Origin: Octopus sinensis
Lineage: Eukaryota
Length of the DNA stretch: 64,000 bases
NCBI RefSeq assembly: GCF_006345805.1
Contig: NC_042997.1
Coordinates: 80,228,001-80,292,000, forward strand
Reading direction: 5' to 3'
Position numbers and translations under genes: made by a program. The notes below the pieces were generated by a model, which ran no database searches, was not told the origin of the DNA, and worked only from the letters and a program-made list of their open reading frames with translations. This document shows positions 1 to 16,017 of the stretch, one piece after another (within the stretch, counting starts at the first letter, position 1; every line of letters begins with the position of its first letter).

Positions 1-133
1 GAACAATGGTTCTATAGATCCCTAACTTGGTTTAGAGGTTGAGAACTGTATTCATGAGTGCATGTTTATGAGTGCATGTAAGCATACAGATTCTATCAGT
101 TACATGTTTTAACTGCTGAAATCTATGTAGCTA

Positions 134-976
134 TGAGGTCTGATCAATAAGTATCTGGACTGTTGCCATAGTAAGGAAGCTAAAGCACACAGAGTGAAGC
201 TAATTCTGCCATGCATGCACATTAAGTATTAACATTCTAGCTTACTTCTGTTTACAGCAGTGTTTTAAAGGATGGTATGTAGCATGATGTGGTCGTCGCA
301 TTGACCATGACAAAGAAAGTTATCATGGTGATACCTGCAAGGTAGCAGAAAGTGTATAGACAGGAGTGTATGAGTCACACACAAGTTTACAAGTGGTTCA
401 GATGTTTCCAAGATGGCCAGAAAATATTGATACTGACAAACATTCTGGGAGACCCATAACCAGCAGAACTGAGGAAAACATTGCCGATGTGCATGCCGCT
501 GTGAGGAGAAATCATTGAATCACCACCCATAGGTTGTCAGAGTATGTGCAGATCAGTTACGGTTCAGTTCAGTCCATAATCACTAAAGATTTGGATATGA
601 GATGTGTGTCTGCCAAATTTGTACCAAAACTGCTTTCAGCTGACCAAGAAGACACCCAAGTTTCAATTGCACAAGATCTCCTTGATTGTGTCAAGAAAGA
701 TGAAAACTTTTTGAAAACTTTGCATAGGACTCTGAGCAGGTATTGCCAAGCTTTGGCAAAATTTGATGCAGATTCTCTGTTCATCTTTCGGTCATGGTCA
801 ATGCGATGATCACACACTACACATGTTCCTTCTAAGAAATACTGTAAACAGAAGTGAGCTAGGATGTTAAAACTTAGTGCACATGCACAGTAGAGTTCAA
901 GATCAATCTGTGCCAAGTGGCTTCACTCTGCATACTTTAGCTTTGTTACTATAGCAAGTCCAGATACTTATTGATC
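134..976 (+). mobile_element. Internally deleted mariner (non-autonomous)
   Basis: Left TIR (TA)tgaggtctgatcaataagtatctggactgttgccatagtaa at 134-174 is mirrored at 946-976 (ttactatagcaagtccagatacttattgatc). The 534-809 ORF gives the mariner segment ISYGSVQSIITKDLDMRCVSAKFVPKLL. The catalytic DDD region is deleted. Confidence 0.85.
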
Positions 977-1483
977 ATATATATTTAAAATTATTAACTG
1001 TTAAGTGCATTTTACTCTCAGTAACCAGTCACTCTTTTTAATTTACTAGCTGCTCTGTCTCTATGTTAGAATATCAGCTACATTACTACTGTTATACACA
1101 AACATCTTTGACTGTATCTAAAAAAAAAATCATCCAGCTGACTTGTAAAGACCCACCAATGCACTACAACTACAAACTCACCTTTTCTATTGTTATTACG
1201 ACAGCTGCTGCTTCTCTGACCTAGTACCTGACATAATGCACATGCTTTCCTTTCTCTTTTAAGCCATAATTATCTGTCACACCACACAACCCCTACTCTA
1301 AATATTTTCTTGCAATCCTTCCCCTGCTGGATGCATCCTTCTAGAGTTCTCTTCATGTTCAAAACTGAAGTTTAGATTAAACACTGAGAAGGCTTGCAAA
1401 GGTAATGAGTGCTGCCTCTCTTCTGAATAAATGAGGAAAAAACACATCAACACATGATGACAAACAATACATAGATCACTTAC

Positions 1484-1601
1484 TCGGAATGACATCTCCA
1501 AATTTTCACCACCCCAGATATCCATTCCTTCATCATAGGAACCAATTTCATAGAAATAGTCCCTTTCAATGGCAAACAGTCCACCTGCCATAGTTGGAGT
1601 C
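1484..1601 (-). CDS. GALNT1: Polypeptide N-acetylgalactosaminyltransferase (GALNT1/13, pgant5-like), internal exon, 118 nt
   Basis: Acceptor ttattgcag and donor CGA|gtaagt. Encodes (K)[39 protein letters not shown], the Gal/GalNAc-T motif. In phase with exon 9340-9510. The symbol denotes the closest family member; orthology is untested. Confidence 0.96.
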
Positions 1602-1639
1602 CTGCAATAAATAAAAGAGAGGTAAATAGTGGTAACGAA

Positions 1640-1985
1640 TCTCACTGTGGTAAGAAGTTTGCTTCCCAGCCACATGGTTCCATGTACAATCTCAGTGCTT
1701 GGCACCTTCAGCTAATGTCTTCAACAATAGTCCTGGGCTGACAAAAGCCTTGTGAATGGATCTGATAGAATGAAAGTGTGTGTGGGTGTATGTCCTTGTG
1801 TTTGTTCCCTACCATCTCTTGACAATGAGTGTTGGTTTGTTTACATCTTTGTAACTTAGCAGTTTGGCATAAGACACCAATAGATTATGCACCACACTTA
1901 GAAATAAATACTAGGATTGCTTTATTGACTAAAAACCTTTCAAAGAGTTGTTTTAGCTTGGCCACAGTCAAGTTACTGAAACAGT
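1640..1985 (+). mobile_element. SINE family A (tRNA-like head), old copy
   Basis: Degenerate match to the young copies at 36373-36778 and 43177-43561 (gtggtaagaagtttgcttcccagccacatggttcc ... ggccacagtcaagttactgaaac). Confidence 0.75.
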
Positions 1986-2094
1986 TTGTGTGTGTGTGTA
2001 TATTGATATATATTATATATATATTATATATATTATATATATAATATATATATTATATATATATATATTATATATATATATATATATGTGTGTG

Positions 2095-2421
2095 TGTGGA
2101 GCACTCCATCGGTTACAACAACGAGGGTCCCAGCTGAAACAATCAATGGAACAGCCTGCTCATGAAATTAACGTACATGTGATTGAGCAATCCACAGACA
2201 TGTGTGCCCTTAACATAGTTCTCAGGGAGATTCAGCGTGACACAGAGTGTGACAAAGCTGACCCTTTGAAATACAGGTACAACTCATTTTGCCAGCTGAG
2301 TGGACTGGAGCAACATGAAATAAAGTGACTTGCTCAGGGACACAACACGTCACCGGGAATCAAACTCACGACCTTACAATCATGAGCCAAATGCCCTAAC
2401 CACTATGACACATGCCTTCAC
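2095..2421 (-). mobile_element. SINE family B (tRNA-like head, CORE-like body)
   Basis: The minus strand begins with A-box-like tagtggttagg and B-box-like gtgagtttgattcc, then cctgagcaagtcacttt...ccactcagctggcaaaatgag. A homologous copy lies at 13260-13580. Confidence 0.75.
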
Positions 2422-4082
<1,661 letters not shown>

Positions 4083-4083
4083 T

Positions 4084-7000
4084 CATCATCATCATCGTTT
4101 AACGTCTGCTTTCCATGCTAGCATTGGTTGGACGATTTTGACTGAGGGCTGGTGAGCCAGATAGCTACATCAGGCTCCAATCTTGATCTGGCAGAGTTTC
4201 TACAGCTGGATACCCTTCCTAATGCCAACCACTCCGAGAGTGTAATGGGTGCTTTTTACGTGCCACAGGGGCCAGTCAGACGGTACTGGCAATGACCTCC
4301 CTCAAATCTTTTTACACGTGCCAGTGAAGCGACATTGGTAATGATCATGCTCGAATGGTGCCCTTTTACGTGCCATGGGTACGGAAGCCAGTTGGCTGCT
4401 TTGGCAACGATCACGCTCGGATGGTGCTCTTGGCACCCTACAAGCACAGGCACAAGTGCCAGTAAAGCGACGCTGGTAACGATCATACCTGAATAGCTGC
4501 TCTGTCAACAATCACACTCGTATGGTGCTCTTTGCTCCCCGCTAGCACAGATGTCAGTCATCGAATTGATTTTGATTTTGATTTCACTTGCCTCAACAGG
4601 TCTTCGCAAGCAGAATTTAGTGACCAAAGAAGGAAAAGGTATGCATAAGTGGGCTGGTTACACTCCTGGCATAGGCCACGGGTTATGGTCATATTTGGCT
4701 TGCCAGGTCTTCTCAAGCACAGCATATTTCCAAAAGTCTCGGTCGTTAGTCATTTCCTTGGTGAGGCTTAATATTTGAAGGTCGTGCTTCACCACTTCAT
4801 CTCAGGTCTTCCTGGGTCTACCTCTTCCACAGGTTCCCCCAACTGCTAGGGTGTGGCACTTTTTCATGCAGCTATCCTCATCCATTCTTGCCACATCACC
4901 ATACCAGCGCAGTCATCTCTCTTGCACACCACATCTAATGCTTCTTAGGTCCAACTTTTCTCTCAAGGTACTTACACTCTGTCGAGTATGCACACTGACA
5001 TTACACATCCATTAGATCATACTGGCTTCATTCCTTGCAAGCTTACGCATGTCCTCAGCAGTCACAGCCCCTATTTCACTGCCGTGTAGCATGGCTGTTC
5101 GTACACATGCATCAAACAGTTTACCTTTTACTCTGAGTGAGAGGCCCTTTGTCACCAGCAGAGGTAAGAGCTCTCTGAACTTTGCCCAAGCTATTCTTAT
5201 TCTAGCAGCTACACTTTCAGCGCACCCTCCTTTGCTACTGACTTGGTCACCTAGATAACGGAAGCTATCAACTACTTTTAGTTTTACTCCCTGGAATGTG
5301 GCAGAAGTTGGTCTCTGCGCATTTTCAGTGTTTATCGCTCCTGAGCATCTGCCATATACAAAAACTATCCTCCCAGTTAACCCTCCTTTGATATTACTGC
5401 ACATCTTATATGTCCATAGCTTACACTGGGTACATCTTATAGAGTTTCTACCTACGCCTCTACTACAGATCAAGCCGGGCCATCTACCTGAAGGGATTTG
5501 TGGTTTGCTTGCCTTCCTACTTATGAGGACTTTGGTTTTAGCTAGGTTGACTCTAAGGTCCTTCGATTCTAATCCTTGTTTCCACACTTGAAACTGTCCT
5601 CTAGTTCTGATAGTGACTCAGCAATTAGAGCAAGGTCATCAGCATAGAGAAGCTCCCAGAGGCATCCTGACTGGAATTCCTCTATTATTGGCCGGAGGAC
5701 TATGATAAATAGGAGGGTGCTGAGGACTGAACCCTGGTGGACCCCAACCTCTACCTTAAATTCTTCAGTGTACTCATTGCCAACCCTTACCTTACTTACA
5801 GCGTCCCTGTACATGGCTTGCACAGCTCTCACTAACCATTCATCTATCCCTAGTTTCCTCACTGACCACCAGATAAGGGATTGGGGGACCCTGTCGAAGG
5901 CTTTCTCCATGTCAACGAAAGTCAGGTACAGGGGCTTATCTTTGGCTAGGTATTTCTCCTGCAGCTGTCTTACCAGAAATATAGCATCAGTGGTGCTTTT
6001 CCCTGTTATGAAGCCAAACTGCATCTCATCCAAGTTGACTCTCTCCCTAATCAGTTGGGCTATGACCCTCTCCGTAACCTTCATTACCTGATTCAACAGC
6101 TTGATACCTCTGTAATTATTTGTATCTAGGGTGTCACCTTTACCTTTGTAGCAGTTGACTATTATGCTGCTACACCAGTCATTGGGTATGACTCCTTCGT
6201 GTATCACCTGGTTAACTATATGGGTGACTAGGCTACAACCAGATATTTTGAGCATCTCTGCAGTAATTCCTGATGGGCCTGGGGCTTTCCATGTCTTCAT
6301 GCTTCTAATTGCCTTAACTCCCAAGGAACTGTCAACTCAGATAGCTGGTCCCTCTTTTGGGTCGACATTTGGCAGACTCTCTTTATCCCATTCATTTTCT
6401 TTATTCAGCAACCTTTCATAGTGGCGCCTCCAAACCTCTCTCTTTGCATCCTCATTTAGCGCAAGTGAACCATCATCCATGCGAACACATTTCTCTCCTA
6501 CCACATCACAATTCTCTCTCACACACTGTCTTGCAACACAAAATACCTCAAGTCTTTGTTCCTCACGGCGCAGAACATTGGCAAATTTTCTTTTATCTGT
6601 TTCCCCTCTGGCTAAATAAACCTGCCTCCTAGCTTCCCTTCTGGCAGTCTGATACACTCCCCTGCTACCACCGCTCTTCCAAGCCTGTTTCTTTTGTCTA
6701 ATAGTCTTGTCAACAACATTGTTCCACCACCACATTATTTTGGGTTGAGAGGGGGCTTTGCACCATCCACAGAGCTGGTCGGTGGCCCTTAGCAGGTTGT
6801 CCCGTAGGAACCTCCAGTTGTCTTCTATACCATGTGAAGCTATTTCCCCTTCTATTTCGTCAAAGGTTCCGAGTAATACGTCTCTAAATCTCTGTCTGTT
6901 AGCAAGATCTTTAAGTCTCCAGAACCTTCTCCTTGCGGGTCGTCTTCTGGGCATCCATTTAGCACTGATCCTGAAGTCACTAACTACCAGTCAATGTTGT

Positions 7001-7343
7001 GGGGTTCATTCTTTGCCAGGGAAGGTTTTGGCACTTAGAAGCAGCCATTTCCCCCTTTTTCTGGTGAGGATGTAGTCAATCTGACTAGTGTGTCTGCCAG
7101 ATCGGTAGGTGACTAGGTGGCTGGCAGGTTTTCTGAAGTTAGTATTGCAAACCATAAGATCATTTGCGTCACAGAACTCCAGCAGCCTGGCTCCCTCTTC
7201 ATTGCAAGAGCCGAAACCGTAGCCTCCATATATGCCATGGAACCCCCCGACATGTTGTCCAACATGTCCATTGAAGTCACCAGCCACAAAGAGAAGGTTC
7301 CTGTCATTCATTAATGCGGTAGTCTGCAAGAGGGTGTCATAGA

Positions 7344-7347
<4 letters not shown>
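4084..7347 (-). mobile_element. RTE-clade LINE, 5'-truncated, disrupted ORF (APE-RT-PHD)
   Basis: Endonuclease [11 protein letters not shown] and SQIDYIL, RT KAPGPSGITAEMLK, FVDMEKAFDRV, GVHQGSVLS and LLYADDL, plus a 3' (ATG)n tail at 4084-4096. Several frameshifts and stops. Both ends abut (TA)n. Confidence 0.95.
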
Positions 7348-7397
<50 letters not shown>

Positions 7398-7500
7398 CAC
7401 ATATATATATATATAATATATATAACATATAATATACATATAACACATATAATACATATAACATATATATATATATAGAGACAAAATATATATTTATATC
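7348..7500. repeat. (TA)n microsatellite
   Basis: Directly visible at the RTE 5' truncation point. Confidence 0.95.
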
Positions 7501-7952
7501 ATTCAAGCACGGTAGTGGTTGAATATATTAAGTCCACCATTTTGTCAATTGCAGCAGCTTCCAAGCTTCACCACTAATTCACCTCTCAAATGAGTTAATA
7601 GTTTTACAGAGGACACCTCTTAAGTTACACTTTGGCATAAATAGTTTGGGATTTGGTTCAGTAGAAAAAATGTTACATCAAAATATCTATGACCTCAAGG
7701 TGGGCAGTAAGGCAGATATTCATCTTCAATTAACATAAATTTTTTAATTTTAAATTAGAAATATACTTTTCTTAGACTTAAATGATACAAAAATGCATGA
7801 GGAATTTAGAATTGCTAGTTGCATTGAATAAAAATTAGTAGATAAAGAGTTATAAGGTAAAATGTTATGAAATTTTATGTTAGTAAGAAAGGGAGTAATG
7901 CTGAAGCAATAAGAATAAAGAATATATTTCTAAAATGACTCTTTACATTCTA

Positions 7953-8060
7953 AGGCGGCAAGCTGGCAGCAATATTAGGGCGCTGGGTGAAATGCTTAAC
8001 TGTATATCATCTGCCTTTACGTTTTGAGTTCAATTTCCGCCGAGGTTGACTTTGACATGC
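7953..8060 (+). mobile_element. SINE family C, head fragment
   Basis: ggcggcaagctggcagcaatattagggcgctgggtgaaatgcttaac...gagttcaatttccgccgaggttgactttg. Homologous to the copies at 19168, 46030 and 54125. Confidence 0.7.
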
Positions 8061-8169
8061 AGATTATTTGATTAATTTTTGTTCACTAAACACTTTCAAA
8101 CTTCCGATGCTGGTAGAATGTCACATAGAACAGGTTTTACTCTTAACGTCTTTGACAAAATTTTGTATT

Positions 8170-8327
8170 TTAGTCAAAGAAATTGACTCCAGGACTTATT
8201 CTATGTAAGCCTAGTAGTCATTCTATTGGTCCCTTGTGCCAAATCACTAAGTTACGGGGATGTAAACACACCAGCAGCAGTTGTCAAGCAACGGTGGAGT
8301 TGGACAATCAGACAAAAAGACACACAA

Positions 8328-8366
<39 letters not shown>

Positions 8367-8496
8367 CGACTGGCTTCTTTCAGTTTCCATCTACCAAATC
8401 TACTCACAAGGCTTGAGCTGGCTCGAGGTACCATGCTGTGAGACTGACCCTGGAGCCATGTGGTTGGGAAGCAAGCTTCTTACCATAACTGTGCCT
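8170..8496 (-). mobile_element. SINE family A with internal (CA)n/(TA)n
   Basis: Homologous to 36373-36778. Confidence 0.8.
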
Positions 8497-8613
8497 AAAT
8501 CAAATTTTAATGCCTATACAGACTTAACAGAAGTGCATGTGAATATGGATACATATTTGTGAAGAGAACATAAATACTCTTCACAAATATATACATAAGT
8601 GAGAGAGGAATGA

Positions 8614-8644
<31 letters not shown>

Positions 8645-9339
8645 GGGGAGAGGCAAATAGTATCGATGTTATTTCCTTTAGTACTAACTGATGTCCTTAA
8701 GAAAACTAAGCATGTTATAGAGATTCTTTCTTATTTTTCAATGAACAACAGGGGGGCTGCTTGTGTTTGAGTAGCAGACTATAAATTTGGGTAAAACATT
8801 ACAATATCTATAGAGCAATAACATTTATATTTTTTGACAAAGTGCAAGGCGAATTTTTGTCGAAGTAGTGTACTATAAATTCCAGTATGATGGTAGTTTT
8901 CCCTGTTGATTCTGGAGAGATGAAATACCAAATCATGATGGAAAGAGAGCATAAAATTAAAAAAAAAAATTAGAAATACAGAAGCTTCTTATATAGCTTT
9001 GTTTCAGTAATATAAGAGTGGGCAAAAAGCAAGACAAAAACAGTAATGTAACCGTATATGTGTGTATGTATATTCATGTAAATAAATGTATGTATACACA
9101 TATACAAAAGTGAACAAAGTGAGTATATTAATATTTCTTTTCACTGAATAGAGTTATATATTTTCGAAAGGTAAAACAAAACAAAAAATAAAATATAAAG
9201 AAAAAGAATCAATCTTCATTCTTAGAAATTTTATTTTTACAATTAAGAAAAAGAATCCTTTTATTTTGAATTATAATTTTATTTGTTTTTAGAATTTCAC
9301 TTTTAAAGACTAGACAATAACATTTCAAACATAACTTAC

Positions 9340-9510
9340 TTGGTCGGTAAAGCACGGTCACCATCTCTTCTCTGCATCTCTCTCTGAGGCACAGGATACC
9401 ATCTGAAGTTTAGTTTCCAGTTAAAGCCACCCCAAGTCATGTCGGAACCAGTAATGTACTCAAATGTGTCATCACTAATTACATCAATTATTGGACATAC
9501 CACAGATTTC
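9340..9510 (-). CDS. GALNT1: GALNT1-like internal exon, 171 nt
   Basis: Acceptor tttctctcag and donor AA|gtaagt. Encodes (R)[56 protein letters not shown](K). In phase with both neighbouring exons. Confidence 0.96.
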
Positions 9511-12500
9511 CTGAGAGAAACAACAAAATGAAAAAAAAAATCTTATTACATGGGATAAAATAAAATAGAGTGAAAGTTGTAGAGAGGGTAGTAAAGTCTG
9601 GGTGATCTCAGCCAGTGATCTTAATTTATTCTAGATATTTTACTTATCTTTCTATTTTCCTTGGGGAAAGGAATGAATGCCACAAATCCCATTCCACTAC
9701 CCTTTTATTATCAATAAAAGTTGAGTATCTGCTGACAGATACCTCCATTGAATGAAAGAAAAACATTTATCTATTCCAGTAACTGAATAAGCAATGAAAG
9801 GATAGATAAATATTTGTCCTTTATCATTTTCACAAGATGACTGAATAGGTAAAAAAGTCATTAAAATTTTGACATTTTTTAATGCTTAAACAGTTACTGA
9901 GGGTGTAACCTGTCCCTTGTCTAATGGGCTAAATTTGAGCACACTCATTTAGCTGTCATTAAAAGTATATATACTGACAATTAGTAATATGAAGTAGATT
10001 TATAGAACTGTGGTAAATTTATGAGAAATCCAACATGTTTTCTGTCCCTCTATGATACATTGACATAAAGCCACCACCTCCACCACATAGTGAAAGCCTT
10101 TTCTTTTTGCCTCTGTTCTCTTTCTCTTTGTCTTTCAAGTTACTTGGTAACCTCACTAGTGCTGGTGGTATGTAAAAGTTACCCAGAACACACTGTAAAG
10201 TGGTTGGTGCTAGGAAGGGCATCCAGCCATAGTAATCATGCCAAAGCTGATACTGGAGCTCAGTATAGCCCTGCATCTTGCCACATCTTGTCAAACAGTT
10301 CAATTCATGCTAGCATGGAAAATGGATGTTAAATGATGATCACAACATGTTTATATTCTAATGTTAACATTTGGCTGAAATAATGGTACTGAATTGTATT
10401 CCATTCATCTGGGAAGTTACTGAAAAATAATTTTACCTATTAGGGGATTTTCCTTGTACCCACATAACATCACAAATAAGCATTAGCCCAATAAACTACA
10501 GAGAGCATTGAAGGACAGACATCTTGCAACATCTTGTTGTTTGAGGTCTTATCAAGCAACTTTCTTCTCATTCTCCTACCACTAACTCATGGTATTTCCC
10601 TCATTCCAATAGCTATGCCATCAATCCTCATAATATCAATATACATATGCTATATTGCAACTGCATCACATCAAGTATTTCAATTCTGTGCATGTACATA
10701 TATTAACTCAATTGCTGACATTTATCAATGGCTTCTGCCATTGCTTTGCTGTACCATGTTTTATAATTAATAGAACTGTTAGCTTTTTTGATGACATGGG
10801 TATGCTAGTGTTTATACAGAAAAATACCCACGTCTCTTATACAAGAATTGATCAATTGCTTCAATAATCAGTTGTTTCCTCAGTGTAATGACATTTAGTC
10901 TCTGAAAACCTAACATACCCAGACAGATCAAATATAAATCAAGATCAACAAATTAAATTTTACCCTCCCCCCCACATACACATAGAAAGAGATAAATTTT
11001 GGAAAAAATTAATAATGATTTGAATAATAAGAAAAAAAATGATTTAACAACAATAACAGACAACATACATAAGCAATTGTATTTTACTGACGAATCTTAA
11101 TATATGCATTCATGTCACACTAACATTATTATAAAGCTATTTTGGTCATCTAAGTCATCTTTTCAAGCTATTTCAGACACAACTATAATCTAACATTGTT
11201 ATTCAAGTCACAGAAGCAATATAAACAAGCCAGACTGCTTATCCTACCTTACTTATTATGGATTTGTCTTAACATTGCATTGGCTCTTTCAATTTCATGA
11301 CAGTAAAATTCTTTCACAGAATGCATCAAAATTTCAGAATTAATATCATTCTCTGAGACTTATTACAGATTAACATTTCCATGGAAAACATCAAGAAAGA
11401 GACTAGACCACACCAGACCATAATATTTTGCAAATCACTTCACGTCAATGAATAATATTGCACTCAGAGAATCATATTCTACTAATCTCTTTGAGGACAT
11501 GATTCAATAAAATAAGCTCTGGTTTAGCCTACTTTTACTTAATCATGCTTTCTCCTTCCTAATTCTACTGCTCTTTCTCTTGAGCATTTTCCATTTTATT
11601 ATCACTGTTTGCCACAGCCATTAGGTTTATCACTTAGGGCTTATCTATAAACAAAATCCTCATCCTTTAATAAACTGAAGCTATTAAATACAATGAATGA
11701 GTTAAATATTTCAAGTAAATGTTAAAACATTAATGCTCATGGTTCTTTAATCTTATAACATTTATCAAGCAAAAGGACAAATTTTATGAGGCAAGAGGCA
11801 AAAATAAGCTTCAATGGTGAACTAAATGAGGATTAATGGATAATAAAATTCACAAATAATAAACTTCTCTTCAAGGAGATAGTTTGATAAATGATACTCT
11901 CCTTCTTGGTGATTCTCCTTCATATAATGTTGCTGTGTCATAAAGAAATTTTCTTTGCAATGCTGTGCTTCATGTTCAATCCCACAGCACAGCACTTTGG
12001 GCAAGTGCTTATCAAGGCTGCAACCCAGCCAAAGGCTTATTGTATTGATTTTATATTGCATATGTGAATAATAGCATCATTGGCTCACATATTTTATGAA
12101 AGTAAAACAAATACCACAAAACAGTTTATTGGTTTACTTGCAGCTGGTTACATACTGCCTTGCAATATATACACATGCAAACATATTTCAGACAGCTTTC
12201 AGTACAATCTTCATTGCCAAATTTCACTCATGAGGCACTGGTCAACACAAGGCTAGGGTTGAAATCAAATCTAAACCATGTGGCTACAAAGGGGATTTCT
12301 TAACCATGCAGCAAAATTCAGTGCCTGGAAACTATGCTGAAGCCTGTTGGAATCTGTGTGAATGTGTGTACCTCTACACAGACACTCACACAGAGACATG
12401 GGATGAACAGAAAGAAATTTTTGGGTTGTACATAAGTATCCAAATATATTTAGTCCTCTCCTAGTTACATCTTGTTGTACCAAGGTGGAATTGTCCCTTC

Positions 12501-13115
12501 TCCCTTTAAGAGATTGATAAATATCTGACAAAGTATTGGGGTTGATATAATCTACAAGAATCCTTAAAGGAATGCTCCAGCATTCAGTAACTGAAGCCAA
12601 TAAATGAATAAAAGTGTATATACATGTGTGTGAATATATGTGTATACATGCTTGTATGTACATAAGTATATACATACACATAACAACATCTATTCTATTC
12701 TCTATGGTAACTAGGATAAAATATATATTTGAACCTATGTTGGTGTGAAAACCAGACATTAGAAACCCAGGAGTCACAATGAAGTTTCAGCTTCAAATAA
12801 ATGAGATAAAATAACTCTTTCATTCTTTTGTGAACTCTGCATTTTAATCTTATTTAATACCCATGTGCATGAAGACACTAAAGAACTCATGGATGGTTTA
12901 AGCATCACACTGTTATATGCTAAAATATTTAAGCAGAAAAGTGAGTTTCATGCAAAAAAACAAAAAAAACAACAACAATAATTTGGAAGAACAAAAAAAA
13001 AACTTACAAGAACAAGGGGAAAAACCCTTTAAAAAATATGAATTAAATTAATAACATTGAAGATACAATTAATCACTTCAGATGTGGTTTCCTAGGTAAA
13101 TGGAGTGGCACTTAC

Positions 13116-13218
13116 CGATCTTTATGAATTTCTGCAATTAAAGGCTCTAGCCAACCAGGGGAACACTCACAGTGTGCATCAAGGAATGTTAATATACTAC
13201 CTTTAGCCACAGCAGCAC
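13116..13218 (-). CDS. GALNT1: GALNT1-like internal exon carrying the DxH metal-binding motif, 103 nt
   Basis: Acceptor ttttattttcag and donor CG|gtaagt. Encodes (G)[33 protein letters not shown](R). Confidence 0.96.
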
Positions 13219-13259
13219 CTGAAAATAAAATAATCATATTATATATATTTATGTGTATA

Positions 13260-13580
13260 ACTGGCACTATGTCGATTATGACAAGGGTTCCAGTTGATCC
13301 AATTGACAGAAGTGCCTGCTTGTGAAATTAATGTGCAAGTGGCTGAGCACTCCACAGACATGTGTACCCTTAACATAGTTCTCAGGGATATTCAGCATGA
13401 CACAGAATGTGACAAGACTGGCCCTTTGAAATACAGATACTAATCATTTTTGCTAGCTGATTGGACTGGAGCAACATAAAATAAAGAGTCTTGTTCAAGG
13501 ACACAACACGCCACCAGGAATTGAACTCATGACCTTATCATTGTGAGCTGAATACCCTAACCACTAAGCCATGCTCCTTA
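13260..13580 (-). mobile_element. SINE family B
   Basis: Aligns by eye with 2095-2421. Confidence 0.8.
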
Positions 13581-14580
13581 TATATATGTGTGTGTGTGTG
13601 TGTGTGCATGTATACACACACACATAAAGTAAAGGTATCTGAATAAGGAATATATCTCAACATTTAAATGGACAAAAGTTCTCTAATAAATTTTTAAATA
13701 GATCTGATGTTGAAAACTTTTGTGCACTTTGATAATTCCATTGATTTCAGTAAATATTAAAGCATTAACCAGAATGTTAATGTGTGAGTGTGTATGTACT
13801 TGTCCATTCTCCACAGACCCTTTCTCTCTTCTACCAGCTAAACTACTGCCACTTCTTTTGACTAGCTGTTTTGCCCTTCACTATTGTAAGACTTTTACTT
13901 GATCTGGGGGTTAGGAAATATTGGCGGAATGCCAGTCGGTGCTACATAAGTTACTGGGTGACCATCTTATGCAGCCGAACAAATTACAGTTTCTACTTGG
14001 AAATATGTCCAGGTCTACCCTGTAATGATATTTGTAGTATACTCTGTAAACATTACATTTCAAAAGCTTCTAGCCTGTAGAGTCCATGTTTCTAAGGTAT
14101 TAGTTGTAAGTGGAAAAATAAGCAAATTACACAGTCGAACTTTAAGTTGCTGGCTGATGTGCTATTTGTTCCAAACCACAGACAAGATAAAATCATTACC
14201 AGCATAGTTTGTCATCACTATCATCATTGTTTTGACATTTACATTTCCAAGGTTGTTTGGGCAAGACAGAATTTGTTGAGTCAGATGTCCTCTCTGGTAT
14301 CAACCCTCACCTGGTTTCATTTACAACTATTACAGGGTATCAAGACAAGAAGACAAACTCTCTCCCGCCACACATGTAACAGGAAGTTCTTTCAGTTTTC
14401 ATCAACCAAATCCACTCACAAAGCCTTGGTTAACCTGAGGCTATTGTAGAAGGCACATGCCCAATGCACAATGGGACTTAAATTGAAATTATAGGGTTGG
14501 GGAGCAAACTTCTCAACTATAGCTCTATATATATGTGTGTGTGTGTGCAAATTGAAGCTATCAAATACTCTTAAGATTAT

Positions 14581-14968
14581 TTCATTCCTTAAATAGTTGC
14601 TAGTGCACTAAAGGCCCTGCCAAACAACACACCTCTTTCACTATGAAAATGTTGTCATTTTTTCCAACAAATGAACACAAGCTTGGCAGCACTGTTAGCA
14701 TGGTGTGCAAATTGCTTGTGGCATTTTGTCCATCTTTACATTCTGAATTCAAATTTCACTGAGGTTGACTTTACCTTTCAATGGTAATGAAATATGTACT
14801 GGTTGAACTCTGGGAACAATGTAAACAATTTACTCCCACTCTCCAAAATTGCTGGAGAATTTGAAGCTATTATTTTCTCCACCAAATGAAGTCAGTGAGC
14901 TGGGAGAATTGTTAGCACGCCAGACAAAACGATTAGTCCATCTTAATGTTCTGAGTTCATATTCAACA
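14581..14968 (+). repeat. Copy 1 of an old ~400-bp direct duplication (unique DNA plus two SINE-C pieces); copy 2 at 18368-18785
   Basis: Same order of unique sequence and SINE pieces in both copies. A 55-nt stretch is identical at 14856-14910 and 18654-18708. Confidence 0.8.
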
Positions 14969-16017
14969 AATTACTTTGAATTAAAATATAATTTTAAGGA
15001 AATATTAGTGAATTTCTTAAATTAATGTTTTCTGTTGTTGCCTCACCCTAAGTCATTCCTGATCCAGGACAGCTATGATCAAAGACACTGCAATCATGAT
15101 CCTGATATATTTTACAGACACTATGTGATTAGGACCACATTATCAAATGCTCCCCACTTTTTTTAAGATGCCAGGGTGTCCATATGATAGAGATCTGGCT
15201 GCTACTTCTAACAGCCAGAATGATTTCATTGGTTCAAATGCGCAGTGTTTGAAGGCATTATTTTAAACAAAGACAGCTATAAAAAATTCTAGTGCCTTAT
15301 CCCTATAAATGAGACAATAATATGAATAGAAAGGTATTATCATAAAAATTATGAGCCAAAAATAAGAGAGAGAGGGAGAAGAGAAAGGAAAGAAAAATGA
15401 ACTGAATTTGTGGAATTTGGTGAAAAAATTAAGTAGAAATTATTAGAACAATCCACAGCAGATTTGATTTGATTTGAATAAAATTATTTAATCTATATTT
15501 TCTTTTCTTTAACAAAATGTTTGGAATACAATGCAACAGAAACATCAGCACATGCCAATGCCACAATTAGTTTACATCATGCCTAGATGAATGTTGCAAT
15601 GGTACCTACATTTCAATTATATAATCACAAACAAGTAAAACGTATTGCTTTGATTAATGGCACATTTAAAAATATAGCAATTAGGTCCTAGAACTGTACC
15701 AATAAAACACCAATTTGACTACTCACTAATTGTTCATGTCATTTTTTTTCAGACTGTGTTACAAATTTATGATGAGATTAAAAATGTTGTGTTCCACTGC
15801 TTAAGAGAGCAAAGTAGCATATCTCAAGCAATGCATTCAAATAACTGAATGTTTGATAATAAATAATAGACTGACAAACTGCTATGACTACTTGTCATCT
15901 TACATAGTAGTAATCTTTGAGTGGCTTATTTGTCACATATATGTATTGACAGAAGTTCAACAATGGGAAATCATTTAGGATTATAAAATTCAGGTAATTT
16001 CATAAAATAATGTATTA

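Noticed and set aside
2330-2421. tRNA-like sequences at SINE heads (also 13500-13580 and 36700-36778)
   Set aside because: They have A/B-box-like motifs but no complete cloverleaf and run into SINE bodies, so they are not called as tRNA genes.
9340-9341. Split codon AA|G gives Lys before TPTM where GALNT1 has Arg, suggesting A-to-I recoding to Arg
   Set aside because: Other family members (GALNT2 and GALNT3, as I recall) have PIKTP, so Lys is ordinary here. The sequence gives no evidence of editing.
15753-15848. Possible plus-strand terminal exon TVLQIYDEIKNVVFHCLREQSSISQAMHSNN* after ttttttttcag
   Set aside because: It is short, has no recognisable homology and no upstream partner exons, so it is compatible with chance.
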